Positions 40,710 through 51,493 are shown, numbered from the stretch's first letter. The stretch is 64,000 nucleotides of DNA from an uncultured Nitrospiraceae bacterium (GCA_963727805.1 CAVSHF010000003.1:2208001-2272000); one strand, 5' to 3'. Translations and numbers: made by a program. Notes: a model not told the origin generated them from the sequence alone.

Positions 40710-41905
40710 ATGTCAAAACACCTCCATTTTTTTAAAGACAGATGGCGGCTACCAATCAAACACTCGGGCTTATGAGCCCACTTATCAGGCGGGTATTACC
40801 GCCACCCATCAGCCGAAAAGCTTTGCCTCGTCAAAAGGGACCCCTTCCTTCAACATATGAAACGTAGCGTTGGCTATTTTGTGAGCCAGAATGCAGTTGG
40901 CCACCATCGTAGCCGCACTGCCCTTCCTTCTGTTGGCATGTTTGTCCCTGAACTTTCTGAGCTTCGGATAATACCTGACCGCAATATTGGCGGCTTGGGT
41001 AAATGCAAACTTCAAATAATGATTCCCCTGCTTCTTTCCCTTCCCTCTCTTTACTGTGTCGGAGGACTGAGATACACCCGGCACCAAACGACAATAGGAT
41101 GCAAACTGCCTGACATCTCTGAATCTGCTGATGTCTCCTATCTCGTAATAGATCGTCAATCCAAGCACGTACATTACGCCGGGCAACGTTAACAGAAGCT
41201 TGAATCTGGGATCTTCTAACGTGATGTCTTTTAACCCAGTATCGAGCTTGTCAATCTGGTTGGATAGCAGGTCGATTCTCTCCAGTATCATGACGCAGTA
41301 ATCCTTCACTTGCTGAGGGATCGGCATAATATGAAGATCTGCAGGTAAGAGCTTCTTCAACTCGCTACCGCTCATGGTGTTCAGGTTATACTTTATGAAC
41401 TGTACCCTCAAGCTCGAATAGCATTCGGCACGCTCATGAACAAGGCCTGCCCTTCTCCTTAAGAGGTCTCTCAATGGTCTTTTCTCCTTGGGATAAATAT
41501 ACGCCTCCGGGAGTTCACCCATCCTGAGAAGTTTTGCCAACTTAAATGCGTCTCTTCTGTCAGTCTTTACCTTCGCCCCTGTTATCATGTACAGACCCAA
41601 TGTATGTGCAAGCCTTACGTCATAGCCCTTGTCCTTAAGTCCATCCACAATCCAATACCAATTTATGGTGCATTCAATCGCAATATGTACATCCCTACCG
41701 AAGGGTTCTAGAAATTCAAAAATGACCGAAAGATCATTGTTGAGATTACCCTCCTTTACCTTTTTCCCGTCCTTGTCAATAATACAGAGTTGGGATTTCT
41801 TGGTATGCAAATCGATTCCACAGTAAAATGTCATAGCGGCCTCCTTCCAGTTTTTGAATGCAATACAATTATCACATCCAACGGAGGTCGCTCTCAATAA
41901 TTATC
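40103..41905 (-). mobile_element. IS1111-group IS110 element with 3' non-coding end
   Basis: 13-bp subterminal IRs ATTGAGAGCGACC (40107-40119) / GGTCGCTCTCAAT (41886-41898), GAT core at both ends, guides matching the flanks. Confidence 0.8.
40809..41834 (-). CDS. IS110-family transposase
   Basis: CGIDLH, AIEC, KTDRRDA, RLVPGVSQSS, KQGNHYLK; RBS AAGGAGG. Confidence 0.95.
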   Translation of the reverse strand: MTFYCGIDLHTKKSQLCIIDKDGKKVKEGNLNNDLSVIFEFLEPFGRDVHIAIECTINWYWIVDGLKDKGYDVRLAHTLGLYMITGAKVKTDRRDAFKLAKLLRMGELPEAYIYPKEKRPLRDLLRRRAGLVHERAECYSSLRVQFIKYNLNTMSGSELKKLLPADLHIMPIPQQVKDYCVMILERIDLLSNQIDKLDTGLKDITLEDPRFKLLLTLPGVMYVLGLTIYYEIGDISRFRDVRQFASYCRLVPGVSQSSDTVKRGKGKKQGNHYLKFAFTQAANIAVRYYPKLRKFRDKHANRRKGSAATMVANCILAHKIANATFHMLKEGVPFDEAKLFG

Positions 41906-42032
41906 AAACACCGCGGCCATCTCTCCGAGTGTGTTTATTTCCAGTTGTCACCTCGTGTCAACACTTGCTTCGATATGGTTTTATAGTGGTAGTATTTAAG
42001 TCGAAGGTCTTCAATCTTAATACGTTGTCGTT

Positions 42033-42794
42033 TCAACGAACCAAGAAAATCACGGCGACTATTAACCCGATCGCTACAACAATACGGCGCAGTACCACCG
42101 GATTAATCCAGCTTGCCAATCGACCGCCCAATGCTCCTCCTGCAAGAGCACCCACAGCCATAATGAGTGCAGCGGACCAAACCACCTGACCCGAAAACAA
42201 AAAAAAGATTGCGGCCGCAGTGTTAATGGCGAACGAAATAACTTGTTTCAGAGCATTGAGTCGCGTAAATGAGTCTTCCAGCACAAGTCCAAGTACCGCA
42301 AGTACGATTACGCTCACAGCAGCCCCGAAGTAACCTCCGTAAATTGCTGCGGGGACCATCGGAAGTATTGACCATGCCTCATGCAATGTAACTGCTTCGG
42401 AATGACCGGGACGGCGTGTGACCCATGCACGCAATTTGTCCTGAGCAGCCAGCAGCACCACAGACAAAAGAATCAGGAATGGCACAAGTTTTCCAAATGA
42501 CTGATCACTCGTATTCAGTAATACTATTCCGCCTGCGATACCGCCCAGCACTCCGACAGGCAGTAGGAGCCATAGACGAAGCGCCTGACCTCGCAGGTCC
42601 TTCATCTGCGCAAAGGTTGCGCCAAGGTAGCCGGGGCAAAGCGCCACGGTATTTGTTATGTTGGCAGCAACAACTGGAATACCAACAGCAGTGAGCATGG
42701 GAAATGTGATGAGAGTTCCTCCGCCGGCTAGTGCATTTACCGCTCCTCCTACAATGGCCGCTGCGCCCACTGCTAACAAATCCAAACCGTTCAT
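42033..42794 (-). CDS. Sulfite exporter TauE/SafE family protein
   Basis: [34 protein letters not shown]. Confidence 0.88.
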   Translation of the reverse strand: MNGLDLLAVGAAAIVGGAVNALAGGGTLITFPMLTAVGIPVVAANITNTVALCPGYLGATFAQMKDLRGQALRLWLLLPVGVLGGIAGGIVLLNTSDQSFGKLVPFLILLSVVLLAAQDKLRAWVTRRPGHSEAVTLHEAWSILPMVPAAIYGGYFGAAVSVIVLAVLGLVLEDSFTRLNALKQVISFAINTAAAIFFLFSGQVVWSAALIMAVGALAGGALGGRLASWINPVVLRRIVVAIGLIVAVIFLVR

Positions 42795-43273
42795 TATCGA
42801 CTTTTCCTCCTCATATTTACGTCGCAGACTATGCACGATATGCTTGTTGTATGCGGGGATGTGTGTGGCAGCATGGCGTTCATCATTTCTTTAGTGAAGG
42901 TCGCGATCGCGTCCTTGAGCGAGGGTGCATGATAGCCGAACTCCATCGCAAAGTGGCTGGTGGGTTTCGATGCAACAAGTTTGGGCAAATGCCTTGAAAA
43001 ATCGTCTTGTGACCTCCGCTTCTTACGACAATGCTGATCTCATATACCCACATCCGGCAGCAGTCCGCAAAACAGCTAATAGAACAATTATAGGAAGTGC
43101 ATAGTCAAAGTTATCCGCACATTCTATGTCTTAATTATACATATTGCATAATGCGATTTGTATAATGCGTCAAAAAAAGAACTTTACCTATTGGTCATAG
43201 TCAGAGGTGGACCCCAGAAATCGGACAGTCGTATAAGGTGTAAAATATACGATTGACTGGAGGTCGCACTGAG

Positions 43274-43561
43274 ATGAGCAAAACAAAGAGGAACCGATAT
43301 TCAGGGGAGTTCAAAGCAAAGGTAGCGCGTGAAGCAATGAGGGAGGGATCGACGATTGTAGAGATCGCATCACGGTACAATATTCACCCCAATCAGGTTA
43401 GCGAGTGGAAGAAGCAGGCTATTGAAGGGCTTGCAGATGTATTTACAGGGAAGCACGGTCGTAACGAAAACGCTCACGAGGCTCAAATCACGGAACTGCA
43501 TGCCAAGATTGGGCAGTTGACAGTGGAGCGGGATTTTTTAGCGAAAGCCTTCAATCGATGA
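43274..43561 (+). CDS. IS3 OrfA (HTH)
   Basis: YSGEFKAKVA, IHPNQVSEWKKQ, LHAKIGQL.VERDFL. Confidence 0.92.
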   Translation: MSKTKRNRYSGEFKAKVAREAMREGSTIVEIASRYNIHPNQVSEWKKQAIEGLADVFTGKHGRNENAHEAQITELHAKIGQLTVERDFLAKAFNR

Positions 43562-44424
43562 GCCGCGATCGAAGGAAAGAGATAATTGAACCGGAACACC
43601 CGAGGCTCAGCATTACGAGACAGTGCAACCTACTTCAAATCAGCCGCTCGTCGTGGTATTACGAAGCAATGGGAGAATCGGCACAGAATCTGGAGTTGAT
43701 GCGCCTAATTGACGAGCAATTTCTGAAGACCCCGGAATATGGAGCCCGTCAGATGGCCCGTTATTTACGGCGGCAGGGATATTGGGTAAACAGGAAGCGG
43801 GTAAGTCGATTGATGCAGAAGATGGGGCTAATGGCGATGTACCAGAAACCCAACACGAGCAAACCGCATCCTGAGCACAAGGTCTATCCCTATCTGCTTA
43901 GAGGCTTGAACATTACGGAGCCAAACCAGGTGTGGTGCGCCGATATCAGCTTCATCCCGATGCGACGGGGATTTCTATATTTGGTGGCGATTATGGACTG
44001 GGCGAGCCGAAAGGTTTTAAGCTGGCGGCTCAGCAACACTATGGAAGCTGCTTTCTGTGTGACAGCCCTCAAAGAGGCCTTGGCCAGATACGGCAAACCA
44101 GGGATCTTCAATACCGATCAAGGCAGCCAGTTCACCAGTATTGAGTTCACACAGACGCTCCTGGATTCCGGTGTAAAGATATCAATGGACGGAAAAGGCC
44201 GCTGGGTGGATAACGTGATGGTTGAACGGCTATGGCGATCACTGAAGTATGATTGCGTTTATAGATACGCATTTGAGACCGGCAATGAAGCAAGAAATGG
44301 CATCGGCGAGTGGATCAAGCAGTATAACGAGGAGCGTCCTCATTCTTCTCTGGACGACAGGACGCCTCATGAAGCATACTGGAATCTGCCAAAGGCAGGT
44401 TGCCCGGGAAAACTGGCGGCATGA
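43558..44424 (+). CDS. IS3 OrfB (DDE integrase core)
   Basis: WCADIS, NTDQGSQF, DNVMVERLWRSLK, YNEERPHSSL. Confidence 0.94.
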   Translation: MSRDRRKEIIEPEHPRLSITRQCNLLQISRSSWYYEAMGESAQNLELMRLIDEQFLKTPEYGARQMARYLRRQGYWVNRKRVSRLMQKMGLMAMYQKPNTSKPHPEHKVYPYLLRGLNITEPNQVWCADISFIPMRRGFLYLVAIMDWASRKVLSWRLSNTMEAAFCVTALKEALARYGKPGIFNTDQGSQFTSIEFTQTLLDSGVKISMDGKGRWVDNVMVERLWRSLKYDCVYRYAFETGNEARNGIGEWIKQYNEERPHSSLDDRTPHEAYWNLPKAGCPGKLAA

Positions 44425-45383
44425 TGACCGGTGGCTTCCACCTTAAATCAGCCCCAAAGCTGTCCAACCAATGGGGGCCACCTCTGTCAGAGTGCGTATC
44501 AACTTACTTCTACTCTTAAAGTCATCATCGTGGCGACACTGTTCAATATGCAAGATTTCTTCCGGAAATAATGGCCACAGATGCATTCTCAGTTTCTAGC
44601 CAGAAACAATGTTGTAGCATTTGCACCAGAAAAACCGAAAGGAGTTGGAGTCTCCGATCGGCTTCTGGTTAAGATGCGAGGATTAGGGCGGCGTGTCTGA
44701 TGTCGAGGCCTTGGAGTTCTTTGTAAAGATTGCTCCGAGATGCCGGAATCTGGCAGGTGTGGCAGCCTGTACGGTTGTGATTCACCGACTCGGAGCATTT
44801 CGAGCAATGCTTGGCAATTGTACTCAATTTTTGATAGATGGCTCCTGCAGTGACTTTGTACATCTTTTTGTTCTCCTCTTTTCTTTGGGGTATATCCCCT
44901 TTCCTTTCTTATAGCTATATTCTAATAATACTGCTAATGATATAAAATATATATCGGACCACTCCTTTATTTTTTGTAGGATGAGTGATTGGCGGGATGT
45001 ACTTGTCTGTCCTACTATCAAAGTAATTCTTGACCAGGGGTTCGGAGGCAGTGTTCATTTACAGGCATAAAACATCATTTCGACCTTGCGAATTTCCACT
45101 TATAATATCGACCGACGATCTTGCTCTGGAAACATTTCAGCATCTAAATATGAACTGATGCTTGGTTTGTATTTGAAGAAATCATCGACAGTAAATAATC
45201 GCCCGGACTGAATATTGGTGAAATTGTCATCGGGGACTAGACCTGACAGCGTGTTCACAAGTCATCTGTTTTATGAACACGCCCAATCTTGGCTATTTCT
45301 TAGTAACGTTTTTTGCGACTCAAGGAATGACAAATTGGCGCTCCTGCAATTTGTAGCGGATTGCAGGAAGAGGGGAACCTAAA

Positions 45384-45407
45384 GTTGGCAGTTACTGCCA
45401 ACAAAAA
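45384..45407. terminator. Hairpin/terminator-like
   Basis: GTTGGCAGT-T-ACTGCCAAC inverted repeat flanked by A runs. Confidence 0.45.
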
Positions 45408-45907
45408 GGCCCAGTAACAAACATGCTACTGCGCCTATTAATTGGAACACCGTGGATCTCAAATATGGTACAGAATCTGACAAAAAACAGCTTCCGGCAG
45501 TGAATTGTTGTAGTCATTTAGAACACAAAAATGGTACTGAGTCAAAATAGAACAAGACGGTGGCGTTGAGTCACAGCAGATAAGTTGTGCCTCAAAATAA
45601 CTTTCATGGCTGCTTTGTCAAGTGTCTCCTTGGTTAAAGCATCAGTACATTAGTACGCTGAATCGGAAGGAAGTTCCCGAATGATTTCACTTCAGGAGCA
45701 CCTTCTTGGGCTGCATAAAGCAACCCATTTCTCTTGTTTGCCCGCTCTTCAAGATATTTAGCAACAAAGAGTCGACGTGACTGCTGAGAAACGCTATGTT
45801 CAAGAACGCAAATGCAAGACATCTTCCGACAAGAAAATTGGCATGTTGTCCTACAAAAAATTCAGGTTAATCCTGATAACAAATTCATAGATAATCCTTT
45901 AAGCTAA

Positions 45908-45945
45908 TAATAGTGATATTTTGGAAGAATAAAATATCACTATTA
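45908..45945. promoter_or_regulatory. Perfect 15-bp inverted repeat upstream of the receiver-domain gene
   Basis: TAATAGTGATATTTT-N8-AAAATATCACTATTA. Confidence 0.5.
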
Positions 45946-45988
45946 CAACACGACAATAAAGACTTATTACTAGGCAAGGGAGGTTTGC

Positions 45989-46432
45989 ATGTTTGGTATA
46001 AGCGCAAAAGAGAGCCAATCAGTTGATCAACCGGTCAATGTCTTTAATCAGAAGCTGGGAATAAGCATATCTAGAAACACTCACAGTATTCTTATTGTAG
46101 ATGAAGACGGTGATGTTCTAGATCAGCTTTTGAAGAGTTTCACCATTTGCGCAAAGCAATATAACATTTACATAGCCAAAAATCACAGGGACGCCTTAAA
46201 GGTTCTAAAAACCTCTTCAGTGAACATTTTGCTAACTGCCCTCAACATGCCCGTCATGCAAGACTTTGATCTTATAGACTACACAAAAATATATTATCCA
46301 AACACTCGGATATTCGTCATGTCGGAAGAAGATCCATGTACAATAAAAACCAGATTGGATGATTTGAGAATTTACGGATACATAAGAAAACCGTTACGGA
46401 TTGAAATGGTCTATAGCATATTGCGTGTTTAA
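45989..46432 (+). CDS. Atypical receiver-domain protein
   Basis: ILIVDED, LLTALNMP (Ala at the phospho-Asp position), YIRKP; RBS GGGAGG. Confidence 0.75.
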   Translation: MFGISAKESQSVDQPVNVFNQKLGISISRNTHSILIVDEDGDVLDQLLKSFTICAKQYNIYIAKNHRDALKVLKTSSVNILLTALNMPVMQDFDLIDYTKIYYPNTRIFVMSEEDPCTIKTRLDDLRIYGYIRKPLRIEMVYSILRV

Positions 46433-46647
46433 TAGTGTCGATGAGCGAGGCAGAGAAGAACAAAGCTAGTAACGGCTCTGGATTATATGCTATTAAATCA
46501 TAATATCAACGTATCTTAAGGGGACGGATTTAATGATCTGCCAGATGCCGACATTTCTTTTTCAAAGTATCTTCCCCTAATTGCAGTCTTCGCGAAAATG
46601 CCAATGATTGCAAATTCTTGGTAACCCTTTTATTTTCAACATAGGTC

Positions 46648-46663
46648 TTGGCACAGCCTATGC
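46648..46663 (+). promoter_or_regulatory. Candidate sigma-54 promoter
   Basis: TTGGCACAGCCTATGC = GG-N10-GC; near-IHF site at 46622-46634. Confidence 0.55.
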
Positions 46664-46746
46664 CTTAAATATAGGAAATATAGGCTAAACATTCAGAGAA
46701 TGAAGAAAAGATCCAGCCAGCATCAGTAACAACGGAGGGACAACTA

Positions 46747-46995
46747 ATGCAACGGATAATTAAATTTATGATTAAGATGATAGGGCGTAATGTTTTTATA
46801 TTGTCGGCAATAATAGTAGGGTATATCGTTGGAATTACCCACGGCTTTGACAAGGGTTATGCCTTTTATGGTAGACAACTGACTTCCGATGTCCGTGAGT
46901 TCATCGCTGATCCACAGGGAGGGGTCTGGATAGGTCAGATACGTATTGAGATGGTGAATAAAGATAAGAGCTATTTCAAGGTGGCGGTGCGTTAG
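46747..46995 (+). CDS. Small membrane-anchored hypothetical protein
   Basis: RBS GGAGG; one hydrophobic segment. Confidence 0.6.
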   Translation: MQRIIKFMIKMIGRNVFILSAIIVGYIVGITHGFDKGYAFYGRQLTSDVREFIADPQGGVWIGQIRIEMVNKDKSYFKVAVR

Positions 46996-47459
46996 CCGTC
47001 ATTTTTTGCAAGATGGAGAACCAGACCGAAACCTGCAAGTTGTGTGCTGACACCACATATTAATTGCATATTAGCACTAGTGTACCTGTAAGCGCCATAA
47101 CTAAGTGCAACGCTTCAGATTGAAGCATCCCATACCCAAAAAAAGAACCTATTTATAAAGAGTTATCCGTTTCCTGCGAAGTGAGGGATAATTATGTGCC
47201 AGGATAAGCTAAAATTTTTGGTTTTGTGCAAAAACATGCGTTCAATAAGGTGCGCCCTAAGGCCATATTTGTGCAAAATATGGTTGAAATCAGCGCAAAA
47301 CCATGCTTCGCTTCACATATGATCGGTCAAATCTCCACGCTGAGGAACAGCCTTCAGGAAAGGGGCGGCCTGTCATGACTCCTCTAGCGATGAAGGCAGT
47401 TGTGATAAACGATTCTAGGCCCAACCCATTTTGGAGCCAATCTTTGGATCCTCGACCCA

Positions 47460-47620
47460 TAATATTACCCAGACACCTATGCGGCCGCTCCTTGTTGTAT
47501 TGAAGGCGCCATTTCTCGATTACCTTTGGGGCATGTTCCATGATCATAAATCAGTTCTGATTTAAACACTCATCACGTAATCTGCCGTTGAAGCTCTCCA
47601 TATAAGCATTATCGACCGGG
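47460..47620 (-). pseudogene. IS3-family (IS407-like) transposase C-terminal remnant
   Basis: PVDNAYMESFNGRLRDECLNQN*F...WRLQYNKERPH. Confidence 0.8.
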
Positions 47621-47937
47621 TTGAAGGTGACAGAGCTGAAGCTCGATTCTACGCTCATATACCCAATGACATGGCGAACACTGCGTTTCTCAAAGATGCA
47701 GATCAAGTCGCGTTATAAGGATGCAATCGACAGCACGGTCATGATAGGTTATTTTGGAAGGTAATCACCAAATTCCTAGTACTGGTAAAATCGATGTAGG
47801 AGGTGCAGGCAAGATTTCCAGGAGAAGTGCGTCAGTCTAGACATAATGTATTAAACCTGTCCAACCTTAAAGGACGTGGGTTAAGCTTTAAGGTAACGAA
47901 ACCAAAGGCTCAGAGCCACAATTAAGGAGGACAGGTT

Positions 47938-48095
47938 ATGAAGAATTTTAGCACATTTATCGGCATGGACGTACACATGGAAAAGATAGCAGTAGCAACG
48001 GCAGGGAAGCATGGAGTGCCCCGATACTATGGGGAGATTGCCAATACAGCCGAGGCTATAACGAAGCTGGTAAAAAAGGTAGTGCCATCTGGAAG
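47938..48095 (+). pseudogene. IS110 transposase N-terminal part (disrupted)
   Basis: RBS AAGGAGG; MKNFSTFIGMDVHMEKIAVA...; joins 51613 in frame. Confidence 0.88.
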
Positions 48096-48173
48096 CTAGC
48101 CTGTTCACAAAGGTGTTGACATTTGCTCCGCAAGAACATATATATCCCTTATCAGCAATGATAGGGGATATAT

Positions 48174-49954
48174 ATGTTGGATGAAGACGCATTAGCCGAT
48201 AAGCTTCGTATTCCACTTCCCGTTGGGGATGTGCAGGTCAATTTCTGTAAGAATCCTGCATGCCCTAATTTTGGGATTCCTGCCAGCCAGCGGAAACAAC
48301 CTCGTGGAAGATATTCCGGTGATAAAGAGAGAGACGCCTATGTTATAAGTAGCGGCGATAAGCCGCAAACTGTTCTCCTAAGATGCACCCTATGTGGCGA
48401 ATACCCGACAATTAAAAGCAACCTTGCAATCAGTGAGGAGATTGATCGCCTGTCACAGTACCTCGGACCAGAGAAAGAGATAATCTCATGCCCCAATCTG
48501 GGATGTCCAAACCGCACAGTTCCCCTATCAACGCCGAAAAGCTACGTATCTTTTGGAAAGACTAAATCCGGATCTCAAAGGTATCGCTGTAGGCTATGCG
48601 GAAAGGTATTCTCTGTCGGTACCCCGACGACCCGGCAAAAGAAGCCACATAAGAATGCCATGATATTCAAACTGCTTATGAACAAAGTGCAATCATCCGT
48701 ATTTGCGAGGTGGCCGGGCTCGGATCGATGAATGCGCTTTACTGGAAGATCGATTTCATCAACAAGCAGTGTCTTGCTTTCGCCGCCGCTAAGGAACGTA
48801 AACTGCTTGAGGGCTTCCCTATTAAGAGACTCTATATTGGCACGGACAGGCAGGATTACATGGTCAACTGGTCCGATTCTGCCGATAAGCGTAATGTAAT
48901 GCTCCACGCCGCAGGCAGTGCTGACAATAGTAGCGGATATGTATTTGGTCTGCACCTTAACTTTGACCCCAGTCTTGATCCTTTCTTGATTGTCCAGGAT
49001 GCTGAAGCGTCGGGAGACCTTGAAATGAAGGTCCCTTTCAGAAAGCACGCTCGTGTCTGGCTGCCAAAGGATTACCAAGAATCTGCCAATACAAGCTTAA
49101 GAAGACAAAAGGTAGAGACATACGGCACTCTCCCGGAAGATATTGAACAATCCTATGCCGAGGCCCAGGAGCGGGAAGATATAGAGGTGTTCGAGCAAAA
49201 AGATTATAACACTCGGTTGCCTGCAAAGGGCTTGCAGGTGCATGCCGAATACACTCTTTATGGACACTTCTTCCTTCTCAGGCAGCTCTTTGGCGGGGTT
49301 GAGAAGGTCAGGTTTTTCTTGGATCAGGATTCTGGTATGCGAGCAGCGTGCTTAAGCGCCTTTGTCAACCAGATCAAAGAGAAAAGGTGCGATGCATTTT
49401 ATGTCCGCATTAACAAGAATCTGACTATTGGCGAGAAGCGACAAGCAATGGTTGCCGTCCGCAAAGAATGGGAAGAAACAAAAAAAGAATATCCGGGACT
49501 CGGCGACTCCAAACTTCGACTTCTGATTATTAAGGAACGGATTAGGCAGGCTGTGAATATGGGGAAATGGTCGGACAAGTGGATTCTGCATCCATTCCCG
49601 AATATGAGCGAGCCCGAAAAGGCAGTGTGTTACCTCACCGATATTCAGGGGTATGATGAAGACCACCTTGCCTGGCTCTACAACAAGGCAAGCCTTCATG
49701 CCATAGACCGATTTTTTATGCAGGTTCGCAGGAGATTGTCTTTGTTAGAAAGGCCTATCGCAACGCCGAGCAGTGCCGGGCGGAAGTGGTTCGGCTATAG
49801 CGCTTATAATCCTGCCATTATCATCAAGATTTTAGATATCTTCCGTGTTTTCTACAATTACATAGAGGTCGGGAAGGATGGGTTGACGCCAGCGATGAGG
49901 GTGGGATTGGCAAAGGGCAGAATAGAGATCCAGGACGTTATTCATCATATTTAG
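48174..49954 (+). pseudogene. Putative transposase (Zn ribbons + IS1/IS1595-like core), 1-nt frameshift near 48690
   Basis: CKNPAC, CTLC, CPNLGC, GKTKSGSQRYRCRLC; IGTD, FFLDQD, HAIDRFF..VRRRL, FYNY...TPAMRVGL. Confidence 0.75.
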
Positions 49955-50016
49955 TCATCTGGACTGTATATGCGTCAGGTAATATGTATTACTAGATATT
50001 AAAAAGGAGATTATAT

Positions 50017-50205
50017 ATGCAAGATAAAACGAAAAAAATGTTTGGCATCACCGTATTTCTATTAATTATTGCGGTGGCATGTCTTACGGGTCTTAGCTTA
50101 TTAGGATTTAAAATAGATATTATAGGGTCGGTGATATTGTGCGTGATTTTGATGCCATTGATTCTATATGCTATCTATTTAGATTTAGGGAGGAAGCGTA
50201 AATAA
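50017..50205 (+). CDS. Small two-helix membrane protein (passenger)
   Basis: RBS AAGGAG; two hydrophobic segments. Confidence 0.6.
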   Translation: MQDKTKKMFGITVFLLIIAVACLTGLSLLGFKIDIIGSVILCVILMPLILYAIYLDLGRKRK

Positions 50206-50351
50206 TAAGGGGGGTGTATTATTCGGCTGATTTTGGACAGCCGATCCACAATTGCATTGCACCATAGCGTATGTGTTAGTGGGATTAAGGAGTGCATGCG
50301 CGTCATTAAAGATTATGATAAGATTAAGGTGAAACTACTTGGAGACAAAAC

Positions 50352-50837
50352 ATGAAAGAATCAATATATCTTGAAACCACGATTGTCAGTTATTACACAT
50401 CAAAACCCAGCCGAGACATAATCGTACTCGCACATCAGGAGATAACGCGAGAGTGGTGGGACAAGGCATTGAAGCGATACGAGGTTTTTATTTCTGCCAT
50501 GGTGGTTGAGGAGGCTAGGGCGGGTGATCCTGAAGCTGCGAAAAAGCGATTGGGCATATTAAAGAGATTCCCCTATCTTGATCTGAACCCTTCGGTAGAA
50601 AAGATGGCTCAGGTGTATGTCGAAAAGCTAAAAATCCCCCCTAAGGCTCTCCGTGATGCTGTCCATCTTGCTGTTGCGTCTGTTCATAGGGTCGATTATT
50701 TGCTGACTTGGAATTGTTCTCATATTGCAAACGGAGAAGTTATAAGAAAACTGATGCAGATAAATATGTCATATGGTATTAAGACTCCGATAATATGTAC
50801 TCCGGAAGAATTGATGCCAAGGATAAAAGGAGAATAA
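50352..50837 (+). CDS. PIN-domain (VapC-like) toxin
   Basis: IYLETT, EE, DAVHLA, YLLTWNCSHIAN, ICTPEEL. Confidence 0.85.
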   Translation: MKESIYLETTIVSYYTSKPSRDIIVLAHQEITREWWDKALKRYEVFISAMVVEEARAGDPEAAKKRLGILKRFPYLDLNPSVEKMAQVYVEKLKIPPKALRDAVHLAVASVHRVDYLLTWNCSHIANGEVIRKLMQINMSYGIKTPIICTPEELMPRIKGE

Positions 50838-50841
50838 GATA

Positions 50842-51009
50842 ATGTGGAAAGACCCTATAGTTCAGGAAGTCCGCAAGGCTGGCGAAGAACTTGCGAAGAA
50901 TTCAAACTACAGTCTGCAGGGTCTGTTTAAGATCCTGCGGAATAATGAAAAAAAGAGCAAAGCCAAGGTTCAGACAAGGCTGAGTGGGAATCTTAGAAAA
51001 GCGTGTTAA
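50842..51009 (+). CDS. 55-aa putative antitoxin partner of the PIN protein
   Basis: RBS AAGGAG; MWKDPIVQEVRKAGEELAK...; 4 nt after the PIN stop; below the ORF-track cutoff. Confidence 0.65.
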   Translation: MWKDPIVQEVRKAGEELAKNSNYSLQGLFKILRNNEKKSKAKVQTRLSGNLRKAC

Positions 51010-51115
51010 TTGGGCAGTCGGTTACATTGCCGCACTTGGCAACCTCTCGATGGGATAGATGTCCGCCAGACCGGAACGGGAGGCTGGATTTGCTTAAATC
51101 TCGCTTTTATGTTAT

Positions 51116-51493
51116 CTAAGCACTATGTTTTATACGATACCATGCAAACATACCGGTTCCAATAGGGAGCCCGATTCTCACAATAAGCAAGAATCTGTGC
51201 AGTAGTGAAAAATCAGGCTGATGTTGAGCTATTTCACCAATAACATTCCACAAGCACAGTGACACAATGAATGCTATCGCAGCAAGCACTTCGAATAGGC
51301 CTATTCCCATGTGAACTTTCAGTGCCATGTAAGCTATAACAGATAAAATTAGAATTAGAACAACAGTGCCAGCAATAGTAGATGTGGATACTCCGAGTGC
51401 ATCTGCTAATCGAGATGAAAAGACAAGCAGCAGAATGAATCCTAGTAGAACTATCCCGACACTTATGGCAAAAAAAACATCAGATAATTTCAT
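51116..51493 (-). CDS. Four-helix membrane protein (passenger)
   Basis: RBS GGAGAG; four hydrophobic segments. Confidence 0.65.
   Translation of the reverse strand: MKLSDVFFAISVGIVLLGFILLLVFSSRLADALGVSTSTIAGTVVLILILSVIAYMALKVHMGIGLFEVLAAIAFIVSLCLWNVIGEIAQHQPDFSLLHRFLLIVRIGLPIGTGMFAWYRIKHSA

Larger units (their letters stand above)
43203..44485 (+). mobile_element. IS3-family insertion sequence, apparently intact
   Basis: Imperfect TIRs AGAGGTGG(A/C)CCC...GGACAG and a 3-bp TSD GTC (43200-43202, 44486-44488). Confidence 0.9.

Noticed and set aside
40174..40860. Duplicated 62-93-aa ORFs in the tandem repeat
   Set aside because: They lie in the non-coding end of the IS1111-type element and have no recognisable motifs.
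47220..47282. Repeated TTTGTGCAAAA motifs as integrase arm sites
   Set aside because: Only two short copies, and no integrase or att core to support them.
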